In this document: positions 1-9,828 of the stretch, piece by piece | Numbering within the stretch: position 1 is the stretch's first letter | Layout of the letters: each line of letters begins with the position of its first letter | Source: Nitrospirota bacterium | GTDB taxonomy: Bacteria > Nitrospirota > UBA9217 | NCBI GenBank assembly: GCA_963840455.1 | Contig: CAWIYV010000001.1 | Coordinates: 32,001 to 96,000, forward strand | Length of the DNA: 64,000 nt | Direction: 5' to 3' | Position numbers and translations under genes: made by a program | The notes under the pieces: generated by a model | Databases searched by the model: none | Told to the model about the DNA's origin: nothing | What the model saw: the letters and a program-made list of their open reading frames with translations, nothing else

Positions 1-37
1 TTGCAAAGGGCTTCTTCATTGTGTAAGGTATGCGGCG

Positions 38-832
38 ATGAACGCACAGAACGGACAGAACAACCCTCTTCAGCGGCTCGTGGAGCTCATGGCAACCCTG
101 CGAGGTCCTGACGGCTGCCCGTGGGACAGGAAGCAGACACCCGAATCCCTCAAGCCGTTCCTGGTCGAGGAATGCTACGAGGTTGTCGATGCGATCGAAG
201 ATGGAGCACCCGCCAAGGTACGCGATGAGCTGGGCGACCTCCTGTTCCAGATCATCTTCCACGCCCGCATCGCCGAGGAGGCAGGCCAGTTCACCATCAA
301 CGATGTCATCACGTCCATCCACGAGAAGATGACCAGGCGGCACCCTCATGTCTTCGGCGACGACAAGCTCTCAACGGACAAGGAAGTGCTGTCGAACTGG
401 GAGGAGATCAAGCGGAAGGAAAAGGGACATGAGGACCGGAAGTCCATCCTCGAGGGCGTGCCGAAAGAGCTCCCGTCCTTGCTCCGTGCCCACCGGCTCC
501 AGGAGCGCGCTGCGCGCGTCGGGTTCGACTGGGCTCACCTGAACGAGGCCATGCCGAAGCTCGATGAGGAGATCGCGGAGTTCAAGGAATCGCTCAAGTC
601 GGAGGATGCAGGCAAGATCGAAGAAGAACTAGGCGATGTGTTCTTCATGCTCGTGAACATATCCCGGTTCCTCGGCGTGAACCCGGAGGATGCGCTCCGC
701 AAGACCATCAGCAAGTTCATCCATCGTTTCCGCTATATCGAAGAGCACGCAGAACAGGCAGGAAGATCATTGAACGACATGACGCTGGATGAGATGGAAA
801 GGCTCTGGCAGGAATCGAAGATGAAACGATAA
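38..832 (+). CDS. mazG: Nucleoside triphosphate pyrophosphohydrolase MazG
   Basis: LRGPDGCPWDRKQT, EECYEVVDAI, ELGDLL, RRHPHVF motifs; two MazG domains. Confidence 0.96.
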   Translation: MNAQNGQNNPLQRLVELMATLRGPDGCPWDRKQTPESLKPFLVEECYEVVDAIEDGAPAKVRDELGDLLFQIIFHARIAEEAGQFTINDVITSIHEKMTRRHPHVFGDDKLSTDKEVLSNWEEIKRKEKGHEDRKSILEGVPKELPSLLRAHRLQERAARVGFDWAHLNEAMPKLDEEIAEFKESLKSEDAGKIEEELGDVFFMLVNISRFLGVNPEDALRKTISKFIHRFRYIEEHAEQAGRSLNDMTLDEMERLWQESKMKR

Positions 833-1264
833 TATACGTGGAGAACCATCATGTCTCCCGATACATCTCACCTTACGTATCGCGTAATTACTCCATCTCA
901 ATCACTTTACAAGGCTCCCGCAAGAATTTCCTCCCCACGTTCCTAAGGTCTGAGCGCGATGGCAAGAACCATATCTGCCTGTGGATTTCGGTCTCGTTAG
1001 CGATGATTTGCCCTCAACAGTATAGGTTGCTGTAAATTGGATTTTCGAAGAACGATTGATCGTGTTGTTCAAAGGATAAATATCGTCACCGTTCACATCA
1101 TAGTAATCATACTTAACGCTGGATCCGGGTAATTCCTATTCCCTATCCGTTATCATCGGCGTAACAACTTCTATACCACTTGAGTTAAAGAGCGTCAGGA
1201 AATGAAAAGGGCCAGGCATGACCACCTGACCGATCTGTTCTCTTGTGACTGATAGGGCCCTCTG

Positions 1265-2662
1265 CTATTTTCCCTCTCGAGGGAGATGGATGGCGTTCCC
1301 GTGCACTGCTTCCGCGGCCTCCATGATGCCCTCAGCGAGGGTTGGATGAGCATGGATCATCGCCCCAAGCTGTTTTGATGTGGCTCCCATGGTGATGGCG
1401 AGCGCGCCTTCATGAACAAGGTCCGCAGCGTGCGCGCCGCAGATATGGACACCGAGCACTCTGTCCGTTCCCGCGTCAGCGATGACCTTCACGATGCCGG
1501 CGATCTCTCCCATGGCGTGGGCCTTGCCGAGGGCCCGATACGGGAATGTTCCGGTACTGATCTTCATTCCCCTCTCGCGCGCCTGATGCTCACGCAGACC
1601 GGCACTGCCGATCTCGGGCCGCGTGAAGATCCCGGCGGGCACTGCCGTGTAATCCATGCGTACGCTGCCTCCCAGGGCGTTCTCTGCAGCCACGATCCCC
1701 TGCCGCGAGGCAACATGGGCCAGCATCATGATGCCGGTCACGTCTCCGATCGCATAGATCCCGGGCACAGTTGTTTCCATCCGGTCGTTCACCGGGACCT
1801 CGCCGCGCTTCCCTGCGGCAAGTCCAGCGTCCTCGAGCCGGAGCCCTTCTGTGTTCAATGCGCGGCCGATGGACACAAGGGCCTTTGCGGCCTGGACCTC
1901 CTGGCCGTTGGACAGCACGGCGGTCACGCCTTCCGCTGTCCCTTTCATGCTTTCGATCCGCGTCCCGGTGATCAGCTTGATCTTCGCTTTCTTGAGCTCT
2001 TTTTCGATAAGGGAGGAGATGTCCTCGTCCTCGGATGAGAGCGCGCGCGGAAGCATCTCCACCACGGTCACGCTGGAGCCGAGAGAACGGTACAGGAAGG
2101 CAAACTCGCATCCGATGACGCCGGCGCCGACGATCAGGATGCTCGCGGGGACCTCATGCATGAGCACGGCGTCGTTGCTTGAAAGAATGTTGTTGCCGTC
2201 GAAAGGAAGGCCGGGGATCGCTGCGGGGCGTGAACCGGTGGCGATGATGATGCGGTCGGACCTGATGTCCTGCGTTGTGCCGTCCTTCCGCACGGCGCGC
2301 ACGACATCCTCGGAGATCAGGCTTCCCCTGCCGGGGATCAGGTCTACTCCCCAGCTCTTGAAGAGGGCCCGGATGCCCTTGACCTGGGTACTGACGACCT
2401 TATCACGGCGTTCACGTATCTTCGGGAGGTTATAGGTGACCTCACCGTACAGCTCGACACCGAAGTCAGCTGCGTGCCGTGCCATCTCCAGCGCGTCTGT
2501 CGAGGCAATGAGGGTCTTGGTGGGAATGCATCCCCAGTTGAGGCAGGTGCCCCCGACCTCGGCATCCTCGACCACAGTCACGCGAGCGCCCCGCTGTGCA
2601 GCCCGGATCGCTGCTACGTATCCGCCGGGTCCCGAGCCGACGATCGTGATCCTGGTCAGCAT
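1265..2662 (-). CDS. lpdA: Dihydrolipoyl dehydrogenase
   Basis: GSGPGG FAD motif, GGTCLNWGCIPTK redox disulfide, C-terminal HPTLAE. Confidence 0.96.
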   Translation of the reverse strand: MLTRITIVGSGPGGYVAAIRAAQRGARVTVVEDAEVGGTCLNWGCIPTKTLIASTDALEMARHAADFGVELYGEVTYNLPKIRERRDKVVSTQVKGIRALFKSWGVDLIPGRGSLISEDVVRAVRKDGTTQDIRSDRIIIATGSRPAAIPGLPFDGNNILSSNDAVLMHEVPASILIVGAGVIGCEFAFLYRSLGSSVTVVEMLPRALSSEDEDISSLIEKELKKAKIKLITGTRIESMKGTAEGVTAVLSNGQEVQAAKALVSIGRALNTEGLRLEDAGLAAGKRGEVPVNDRMETTVPGIYAIGDVTGIMMLAHVASRQGIVAAENALGGSVRMDYTAVPAGIFTRPEIGSAGLREHQARERGMKISTGTFPYRALGKAHAMGEIAGIVKVIADAGTDRVLGVHICGAHAADLVHEGALAITMGATSKQLGAMIHAHPTLAEGIMEAAEAVHGNAIHLPREGK

Positions 2663-2665
2663 ATC

Positions 2666-3055
2666 CTATCGTTCTTCTTCCTCTTTCAGGAACTTCTCGT
2701 ACTCATCCCTGGTCATGAGGTCGTTCACCTCGGACGGATCGCTCATGGTGATGACTACGATCCACCCGTTGCCGTAGGGGTCCTCGTTGATGATCTCGGG
2801 GGAATCGCCGAGGTCCTCGTTGACTTCGAGCACCCTACCGGAGACCGGGCTGATGACCGGCGAGGTGGCCTTGGTCGACTCTATCTCGCAGAGCTCGGAG
2901 TCAGCGTCCGTTTCGGTGTCCCGCTCGGGCAGGTCGACGTACACGATATCGCCGAGCTGCTGCTGGGCCATGTCGGTAATGCCGATTGTCGCGTTCTTGC
3001 CTTCAACGCGAACCCATGCGTGCTCCCGGTGATATTTGATGTCATCTGGATTCAT
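2666..3055 (-). CDS. gcvH: Glycine cleavage system H protein (lipoyl carrier)
   Basis: YHREHAW, GITDMAQQQLGDIVYV, lipoyl-Lys in IESTKA, INEDPYGNGW. Confidence 0.95.
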   Translation of the reverse strand: MNPDDIKYHREHAWVRVEGKNATIGITDMAQQQLGDIVYVDLPERDTETDADSELCEIESTKATSPVISPVSGRVLEVNEDLGDSPEIINEDPYGNGWIVVITMSDPSEVNDLMTRDEYEKFLKEEEER

Positions 3056-3161
3056 CTGCCACCTCCGCCGAAAAGACGAGATTACTTATGCAAGAAGAGT
3101 GAATTGTATTTAGCGTATGCAGGGTTTTTTGTCAAGGGAAAAAGATTTGGCGCCGGCAGGC

Positions 3162-3193
3162 AAAAAAAGGGATACGGTATTCCGTATCCCTTT
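3162..3193 (-). terminator. Intrinsic terminator after rnfB
   Basis: GGGATACGG-4nt-CCGTATCCC hairpin followed by T7 on the minus strand. Confidence 0.85.
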
Positions 3194-3218
3194 CTGGAAC
3201 TGCACGGTGAACGGCCCA

Positions 3219-4376
3219 CTACACCGCGGCCATTTCCTTCTCTGACGTTTTGCCGGCCGACGAGCCTGCTGCCGACAACATCGTAATGGCCTTCTTCGGA
3301 CAGCGCGCTTCGCACATGCCGCAGCCGATGCATTTCGTCTGGTCCACTTTGTGGAGTGAGCGCACATCCCCCGAGATCGCGTTCACCGGGCATACCTTGG
3401 CGCACACGTCGATGCCCACGCATTTCGCAGGATCAATGGACGCCTTCGGTCGCGGCAGCAGGTAATCATGGATCGCGTTGGTGGGGCACTTCTTCACGCA
3501 GAGGCCACAGGTGATACACTTGCTGTGATCGATGCGGGCCAGGTTGTTGTCGATCTTGATGGCGTCGACCGGGCAGGTCCTTACGCAGATGCCGCAAGCG
3601 ATGCAGCCGACCTGGCACTTCTTCTTGACATCGAGGCCCTTGTCCCTGCTATGGCAGCTGATGACGACCGCCTTCGACATGAGCCCCAGCTCGATCACCT
3701 GCTTCGGGCAGGCCGCAACGCATTTGCCGCAGGCGGTGCACTTTTCCTTGCTGATGATCGGAAGGCTGTCCTCGCTCATCCTGATGGCGTCGAAGGGGCA
3801 GGCGCGCATGCAGGTCGCATACCCCAGGCAGCCGTATTCGCAGGACTTGTCCCCGCCTGCCGCAAGCACGGCCGCCGTACAGTCCATGACGCCCGTGTAG
3901 ATGAACTTCCTCTGGCTTTTGCTCCGGCCTCCCTGGCAAAACACCCTGGCGATCTTGGGGTCCACCTTTCCCGCTGCTTTGCCGGTGATCTGGGCGATCT
4001 TTTCCGCAACTGGGGCCTTTCCCGGCGCGCACATACTCACTGCTACATCGGGGTTACCGACAACAGCTTCGGCATAGCCCATGCAGCCTGCAAACCCGCA
4101 GGCCCCGCAGTTCGCACCAGGCAGCGTCTCGCGCACCTGTTCCACCTTCGGGTCCACCTTCACGACAAAGCGGGCCGCAACAATGGCCAGCGCTATGCCG
4201 AAGACGATCCCGAGCGCTGCTAGGACGATGAGTCCCGTGTAGATGATCTGCGGGGCCACGTACTCGACCGCTTCGGCCGATTCGCCGACGCCGACCATCG
4301 GAATGAGCTTGTTGGAGAAAACGCTCAATAGGTGGGAGGATACGTTCAGGAGTATCGATGTTATCTGTTCGAACAT
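3219..4376 (-). CDS. rnfB: Rnf complex subunit B, polyferredoxin type
   Basis: TM helix, LPGANCGACGFAGC, then multiple CxxCxxCxxxCP ferredoxin motifs. Confidence 0.93.
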   Translation of the reverse strand: MFEQITSILLNVSSHLLSVFSNKLIPMVGVGESAEAVEYVAPQIIYTGLIVLAALGIVFGIALAIVAARFVVKVDPKVEQVRETLPGANCGACGFAGCMGYAEAVVGNPDVAVSMCAPGKAPVAEKIAQITGKAAGKVDPKIARVFCQGGRSKSQRKFIYTGVMDCTAAVLAAGGDKSCEYGCLGYATCMRACPFDAIRMSEDSLPIISKEKCTACGKCVAACPKQVIELGLMSKAVVISCHSRDKGLDVKKKCQVGCIACGICVRTCPVDAIKIDNNLARIDHSKCITCGLCVKKCPTNAIHDYLLPRPKASIDPAKCVGIDVCAKVCPVNAISGDVRSLHKVDQTKCIGCGMCEARCPKKAITMLSAAGSSAGKTSEKEMAAV

Positions 4377-4425
4377 TGGTGATTCCCCTTTTGCATGAAC
4401 TGGTTTCTGCCCGTTTTCCTCTGAC

Positions 4426-5010
4426 TTACAACGTGATCATTCCCGAGAACCCAAGGAAAGCCAGTGCGATGAGTCCCGTCAATACGAAGGAGATCGGCAG
4501 GCCCTGGAATGACTTCGGCACGTCCGCGAGTTCCAGTTTTTCCCGGATACTCGCCATGATGATGAGGGCGAGGCTGAAACCGAGGCCGGACCCCAGGGCA
4601 AGCGCAATGCTCTCAAAGAAGCTGTAATTCTCTTCAGCGTTGATAATCGGCACGGCAAGGATGATGCAGTTCGTCACGATCAGTGCGAGGTAGATGCCGA
4701 GCTTATAGTAGAGGGCGGGAGCGATCTTCTTCATGACCGTGTCGGCTGCCTGCACGAAAGCAGCCACAACGCCGATGAAGATCACGATCTTCAGAAAGCC
4801 GAGCTGAAAAGGGATCATCACATATGTGTAGATCAGCCAGTTCAGGGCCGCGCCGATCATCATGACCATGGTGAAGGTGAAGCTCATCCCAACCGCCGTC
4901 TCCATCTTCTTGGTCACGCCGAAGAAGATGCAGAGGCCGAGGTAGCGGGCGAACACAAAGTTATTGATGAGCGCCGAAGCGATGAAGATGGTCAAGACAT
5001 GCTGCCACAT
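4426..5010 (-). CDS. rnfA: Rnf complex subunit A
   Basis: NNFVFARYLGLC, LGIYLALIVTNC motifs; membrane protein; operon position. Confidence 0.93.
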   Translation of the reverse strand: MWQHVLTIFIASALINNFVFARYLGLCIFFGVTKKMETAVGMSFTFTMVMMIGAALNWLIYTYVMIPFQLGFLKIVIFIGVVAAFVQAADTVMKKIAPALYYKLGIYLALIVTNCIILAVPIINAEENYSFFESIALALGSGLGFSLALIIMASIREKLELADVPKSFQGLPISFVLTGLIALAFLGFSGMITL

Positions 5011-5063
5011 AGTATCCTCCAGGAAAAACCCGAAACTCGAACGTCGAAATGGGTATTTATTTC

Positions 5064-5693
5064 TTAATGTCCCCCGCTGCTCGCTCCGGTACCGCCGAAG
5101 AACTTGCGGTCGATCCAGTTAAGCCATCCCATCATAAGGCCCATCGCAAAGAACCCGCCTGCCGGCATGATCATGATGAGCACCGGCTTTCCGGGAAGGA
5201 TCTGGGCACCCCAGAGCGAACCTTTCCCCAGGAACTCGCGGAATATACCGAGCAGCACCAGGGCCAGCAGGAAGCCAAGACCCATGGCGAAACCGTCCAC
5301 AAGGGACGGCAGGAGCTTGTTCTTGCTGGCGAACATCTCCGCCCGAGAAAGCACGATGGCAAATGCCACGATAAGCACAATATAGAGGCCCATTTCTTTG
5401 TAGACCGCCCGCTGCGTGGCGGCCATGACCTGGTCGGTGACCGTGACCCAGGTGGCAATGATAAACATGTACGAGGGGATCCTGACCTTGGGATTGATGA
5501 AGTTCCGAAGCAGCGACACCGTGCCGTTCACCATGGTCATGACGAACAGGACCGCGACGCCCATCAGGAAGCCGTTCTTCACGCCGCCCGTGACGGCAAC
5601 GGCCGGGCAGAGCGAAAGCGCGAGCCGGAAAACCGGGTTTTCGCCGAACATGCCGTTCTTTAAGATCGTCCCGTAGCTGATATTATTGCTCAT
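5064..5693 (-). CDS. rnfE: Rnf complex subunit E
   Basis: ENPVFRLALSLCPAVAVT, PAGGF motifs; operon position. Confidence 0.92.
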   Translation of the reverse strand: MSNNISYGTILKNGMFGENPVFRLALSLCPAVAVTGGVKNGFLMGVAVLFVMTMVNGTVSLLRNFINPKVRIPSYMFIIATWVTVTDQVMAATQRAVYKEMGLYIVLIVAFAIVLSRAEMFASKNKLLPSLVDGFAMGLGFLLALVLLGIFREFLGKGSLWGAQILPGKPVLIMIMPAGGFFAMGLMMGWLNWIDRKFFGGTGASSGGH

Positions 5694-6276
5694 GCTTCAC
5701 CTCTTGCACCGCGGTTTTAATCCCTGCACCGTATTTGTCGACCAGTGTCTGGACTGCGTCCTTGATCCCGTTCGTCACCCCGCGGCTCGATATCGTGGCA
5801 CCGGTGATCGCCTGGATGTTCTCCTTCGTCTCCCCTTTGATCAGGATGATCTGGGAAAGGGGCTTGCCCTTGAACTGGTCGAGGAAGCTCTTTTCGAGGA
5901 CCTGGTCGCCCAGGCCCGGCGTCTCATTCATGCTCAGGACCTTGACCTCGCTGATCTTCAGGTCCGTATCGAGCGACACGAGCATCTGGATGAAGCTTGA
6001 GTACCCTTTTCCCGCCGTGCTCGAGATGTACGCCACCGGTTTTCCCGAAGCCGTCGCCATGTAGTACTCGAAGTTCCTGCTGTGGACCGACCACTTGCCC
6101 GCGGGTGTTATGGGATCTGTGGCAGTGGGTGCCATCTCCTTCAACGCCTCTTCCTTTTCCTTCTTCTCGGCCTTGAACTTGATCGGCGAGGTGAACTTGT
6201 AGGTAACGCCCATTATGAGGCCCGCGCCGATGAAGATCATGACAAGGCTCAGGGTAATTTTCATCATGTCCTTCAT
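5683..6276 (-). CDS. rnfG: Rnf complex subunit G (covalent FMN)
   Basis: N-terminal TM, ETPGLG, ITGATISS flavinylation motif. Confidence 0.93.
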   Translation of the reverse strand: MKDMMKITLSLVMIFIGAGLIMGVTYKFTSPIKFKAEKKEKEEALKEMAPTATDPITPAGKWSVHSRNFEYYMATASGKPVAYISSTAGKGYSSFIQMLVSLDTDLKISEVKVLSMNETPGLGDQVLEKSFLDQFKGKPLSQIILIKGETKENIQAITGATISSRGVTNGIKDAVQTLVDKYGAGIKTAVQEVKHEQ

Positions 6277-7316
6277 TTTTTCACCCCCTTGGCCTCTGCC
6301 TTGCCAAAGACCTTGCTCCGCATGCCGCGGTCAAGCAGCGGGGCAAAACAGTTCATAAGCAGGATGGCGAACATCACGCCCTCGGGATAACCTCCCTTGA
6401 GGCGGATCAGGACGGTCAGCGCTCCGCAGGCCACGCCAAACACCACCTGTGCGCTGCGCACCGAGGGGCCGGTAACATAATCGGTCGCCATGAAGAAAGC
6501 TCCGAGCATGAGGCCGCCCGACATCATGTGCAGCAGACCATCGCCGGTCATGAGGCCGTCCTTGCCGCCGAAGATCCAGGCGAGGATGCCGACGGTGGCG
6601 ATGAACGTCACGGGGATGTGCCAGGTGATATAGCGCTTCGCCAGGAGGAAAACACCACCCAGCAGGATCGCGATGACCGAGGTCTCGCCGAGCGACCCTG
6701 CCCGATTTCCGACGAACAGGTCCCGATAGAGCATGGCCTTCGTGTGGAACACCTCAAGAAGCTTGGACATCCCTTCTTCCTTCAACAGCACCAGCGGGGT
6801 GGCCGTGGTCTTTGCATCCATGGCCATGAACGAAGTGGCCGGTGCGACGAAGGTCGTCATGATCTTGGCAAAACTGACAAGGACAAAGGCGCGGCCGACA
6901 AGCGCCGGATTGAAGATATTGAAGCCCAGCCCGCCGAAGAGGTGCTTGGCGATCATGATCGCCACGACGGACCCGACAAAAGGGATATAGAGCGGCGCAT
7001 TCGCAGGAAGGTTCAGCGCCAGGAGCAGGCCCGTGAGGAAGGCGCTGCCATCGGACAGCGTGATGGGTTTCTTCAGCAGCCATTGCATCCCGGCCTCGGC
7101 AAGAAGGGATGTTATGAGACAGACCACGATGACCATGATGGCCGGCAGGCCGAAGTAGTAGACGGACATGAGCGTGGCCGGCAGGAGCGCGGCGCTCACG
7201 GTCCACATGATCTTCGCAGTGCTCTCCTCGGAAAGCATATGCGGCCCGATCGAGACGATCAGCTCGGGGTGTGCTTTTGGTTGTTCTTTCGGCTGTTCTT
7301 TGGGTGTTGCTTCCAT
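6273..7316 (-). CDS. rnfD: Rnf complex subunit D (start reassigned to ATG 7316; the track ORF overlaps rnfC)
   Basis: AKHLFGGLGFNIFNPALVGR, TTATPL FMN site, GAFFMATDYVT. Confidence 0.93.
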   Translation of the reverse strand: MEATPKEQPKEQPKAHPELIVSIGPHMLSEESTAKIMWTVSAALLPATLMSVYYFGLPAIMVIVVCLITSLLAEAGMQWLLKKPITLSDGSAFLTGLLLALNLPANAPLYIPFVGSVVAIMIAKHLFGGLGFNIFNPALVGRAFVLVSFAKIMTTFVAPATSFMAMDAKTTATPLVLLKEEGMSKLLEVFHTKAMLYRDLFVGNRAGSLGETSVIAILLGGVFLLAKRYITWHIPVTFIATVGILAWIFGGKDGLMTGDGLLHMMSGGLMLGAFFMATDYVTGPSVRSAQVVFGVACGALTVLIRLKGGYPEGVMFAILLMNCFAPLLDRGMRSKVFGKAEAKGVKK

Positions 7317-7369
7317 AATTATATAGACCTCGTTTGGTTGGATGGTCTTGAATTCTGTCTCACGGGGAC

Positions 7370-8704
7370 CTAGTTCTTCTTCTTGGCGAGCTCGCGCTTC
7401 GCCCGTTTGACCCATTGGACCATCGGCCGGTTGGCCGGGCAGACGAAAGTGCAGGAACCGCACTCGAAACAGTCCATGAGGTTGTAGTCCTTCGCGTCCT
7501 CGTAGTGGCCCTTCTCGATGAACAGGCCAATGAGCGATGGCTGGAGGTGCATGGGACAGGCGTCGATGCACCGCGCGCAGCGGATGCAGGGGCCGTAGGA
7601 CTTGGTGCTCACCTCGGCCTTCGGAAGGACCAGGATGCCCGACGTTCCCTTGATGACCGGAACTTCCATATTATACTGGCTCATGCCCATCATGGGGCCG
7701 CCGGCAATGACCTTGGCGGCATCGTCGGTCAGGCCTCCCGCCTCCTCGAGCAGCTGGGAGAACGGCGTGCCGATGCGCGCCAGGAAGTTCTTGGGTTCCT
7801 TCACGCCCCGGCCGGTAACGGTCACATATCGCTCGATGAGCGGCCGACCGTACCGCACGGCATCATAGATCGCTGCCGCGGTCCCGACGTTCTGGACCAC
7901 CACGCCCACGTCCATGGGCAGCCCACCCGCCGGCACGGTCCGGTTCGCGATCGCCTTGATCAGCATTTTCTCGGCGCCCTGAGGGTACTTGACCTGCACA
8001 GCGAAGACCTCGACGTCCGGAGAGCCGGCTGCGGCCTTTTTCATTGTCTCCACGGCGTCGGGCTTGTTCGCCTCGATGCCAATGTAGCCTTTCTTCACGT
8101 TCAGGATCCTCATGAGGATCTTAAGGCCTTCGACGATCTCTTTGGGCTTTTCCACCATGAGCCGGTGGTCCGAGGTAAGGTAGGGTTCGCACTCTGCGCC
8201 GTTCAGGATGATGACATCGATGGGTTTTTCCTTGGGCGGGGAGAGCTTCACGTGTGTCGGGAACGTCGCGCCGCCCATGCCGACAATGCCGGCCTCGGAC
8301 ACCATCTTCTTGAGCTCATCAGGCGAGAGCTGCAGATAGTCCGTCGTTTCCTTGAGCCCGGCGACCCACTCGTCCTTGCCGTCGCTCTCGATGACCACGG
8401 CGGCCATGTCCGTCCCCATCGAGTGCGGGAAGCTCCCGATGGCGGTCACCTTGCCGGACACGGTGGCGTGGACCGGCGCCGATACGAAGCCGCCGCTTTC
8501 GCCGATCTTCTCCCCCTTCTTGACCTCCTGGCCGATGACGACGAGGGGCTTCGTGGGGGCTCCGATATGCTGGCTTAACGGAATGACGACTCGCTTCGGG
8601 ATGGCTGCTGTTACGGTGGGCTTGTGGGAGGTAAGCTCTTTGTTGCCTGCGGGATGCACGCCGCCGCTGAAGGTGGCGCTGGTCTTAACGCTTGTTGCTT
8701 CCAT
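7370..8704 (-). CDS. rnfC: Rnf complex subunit C
   Basis: TFSGGVHP, GIVGMGGATFPT, NGAECEPYLTSD, two 4Fe-4S motifs. Confidence 0.96.
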   Translation of the reverse strand: MEATSVKTSATFSGGVHPAGNKELTSHKPTVTAAIPKRVVIPLSQHIGAPTKPLVVIGQEVKKGEKIGESGGFVSAPVHATVSGKVTAIGSFPHSMGTDMAAVVIESDGKDEWVAGLKETTDYLQLSPDELKKMVSEAGIVGMGGATFPTHVKLSPPKEKPIDVIILNGAECEPYLTSDHRLMVEKPKEIVEGLKILMRILNVKKGYIGIEANKPDAVETMKKAAAGSPDVEVFAVQVKYPQGAEKMLIKAIANRTVPAGGLPMDVGVVVQNVGTAAAIYDAVRYGRPLIERYVTVTGRGVKEPKNFLARIGTPFSQLLEEAGGLTDDAAKVIAGGPMMGMSQYNMEVPVIKGTSGILVLPKAEVSTKSYGPCIRCARCIDACPMHLQPSLIGLFIEKGHYEDAKDYNLMDCFECGSCTFVCPANRPMVQWVKRAKRELAKKKN

Positions 8705-8776
8705 TCGTCCGCACCTCGATCCGGGGGGATTTATATATGAAAGTAAAACGGAAATGCTGTTTAAAAGACCGCGGAA

Positions 8777-8805
8777 TTTATAGCAGATGCTACGGAAAGT
8801 GTCAA
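8777..8805 (-). promoter_or_regulatory. Putative sigma70 promoter of the rnf operon
   Basis: TTGACA-N17-TATAAA with TG extension, ~70 bp upstream of rnfC. Confidence 0.55.
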
Positions 8806-8851
8806 GTTAATTTTGGTTGTTTCGGTTTGCGAGAACTGCCTGAAAAGAAAT

Positions 8852-8899
8852 AAAAAAACCCGGAACGACCTGTTCCAGTCAGAAACGGGTGTTCCGGGT
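8852..8899 (-). terminator. Intrinsic terminator after the NifU-like gene
   Basis: ACCCGGAAC...GTTCCGGGT stem followed by a T-run on the minus strand. Confidence 0.7.
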
Positions 8900-8929
8900 C
8901 ATATGCATAACGTCAATACGGCGCCGGTC

Positions 8930-9157
8930 CTAGGCGACCTGCATTACTTCCTTCACTTCGGGAAGCTGCTGTTTCAGGAACTTCTCCACGCCCATCTTGA
9001 GCGTCATGGTGGACATGGGGCAGCCTCCGCAGGCACCTTTCAACCGCACCTTCACCACCCCTGTGTCGTCGAAGCTGACGAGTTCGATATCCCCGCCGTC
9101 CCGCTGGAGCGCCGGGCGGACCTGTTTGAGCGCATCTTCAAGCTGTTCTTTTGTCAT
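8930..9157 (-). CDS. NifU C-terminal domain (Nfu-type) Fe-S carrier
   Basis: VRPALQRDGGDIEL and LKGACGGCPMS motifs. Confidence 0.93.
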   Translation of the reverse strand: MTKEQLEDALKQVRPALQRDGGDIELVSFDDTGVVKVRLKGACGGCPMSTMTLKMGVEKFLKQQLPEVKEVMQVA

Positions 9158-9262
9158 GGTAGGAAACCTCCTTAAATATCGTTGCTCGGGAATTGCCTGT
9201 TCAAGGTGATTATACTCTGTTCCGGTCCTGTTTCAAAGAGTTTTTTGTACATTTCGAAATAA

Positions 9263-9310
9263 GCTTGCCTGCTGACCCGATTTCAGGCTTGTCAGCTTGT
9301 CTGCTTGACA
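9263..9310 (+). repeat. Degenerate 8-bp tandem repeat (GCTTGNYN x6)
   Basis: gcttgcct gctgaccc gatttcag gcttgtca gcttgtct gcttgaca. Confidence 0.7.
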
Positions 9311-9334
9311 GCATATCGGCGAACGACCTATAAT
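9305..9334 (+). promoter_or_regulatory. Sigma70 promoter, probably giving a leaderless fluC mRNA
   Basis: TTGACA-N18-TATAAT; GTG start 6 nt after the -10; no SD sequence. Confidence 0.75.
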
Positions 9335-9340
9335 GCATCC

Positions 9341-9715
9341 GTGACGAACATCCTGATCATCGGCATCGGAGGCTTCGTGGGTGCCGTTTCCCGGTACGGC
9401 CTCGCCCTCTGGATCGGACAGCGCTGGGGCCGGGCCTTCCCGCTCGGCACCTTCGTGATCAACGTGAGCGGAAGCTTCCTCATCGGACTGCTCATGACCC
9501 TGATGGCGGAGCGGTTCACGGTGAATCCCCAGTGGCGGCTCCTGCTCGTCGTCGGGTTCCTGGGCGCCTACACCACCTTCTCCACGTTCGAATACGAGAC
9601 CGGCTCCCTGCTGAAGGACGGCGAGTGGACCTTCGCCATGCTGAACGTCATCCTGAGCGTTGTCGCGGGATTCGTCGCGCTCAAGCTGGGAGAGGTAATT
9701 GCAAAAGCGATATGA
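9341..9715 (+). CDS. crcB: Fluoride efflux channel FluC/CrcB
   Basis: GGFVGAVSRY, FPLGTFVINVSGSF, GFLGAYTTFSTF. Confidence 0.96.
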   Translation: MTNILIIGIGGFVGAVSRYGLALWIGQRWGRAFPLGTFVINVSGSFLIGLLMTLMAERFTVNPQWRLLLVVGFLGAYTTFSTFEYETGSLLKDGEWTFAMLNVILSVVAGFVALKLGEVIAKAI

Positions 9716-9813
9716 GTTCAATGTTTCATGTTTAAGTGCGGGAATATACAGGGTCCAGAATTTTACCGGTAGCAAGCTTACACTTTGAACTCTGCAACTC
9801 TGAACGTTAAACG
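9716..9813. repeat. Facing 7-bp repeat arrays (GTTCAAN ... TTGAACN)
   Basis: gttcaat gtttcat gtttaag (9716-9736) and ttgaact ctgcaact ctgaacg ttaaacg (9785-9813). Confidence 0.6.
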
Positions 9814-9828
9814 GATGAAGGAGTTATT

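Noticed and set aside
9180-9340. Fluoride riboswitch upstream of crcB
   Set aside because: No GGCGATGG..CGCC / TGATG pattern seen, and the promoter sits directly against the start codon.
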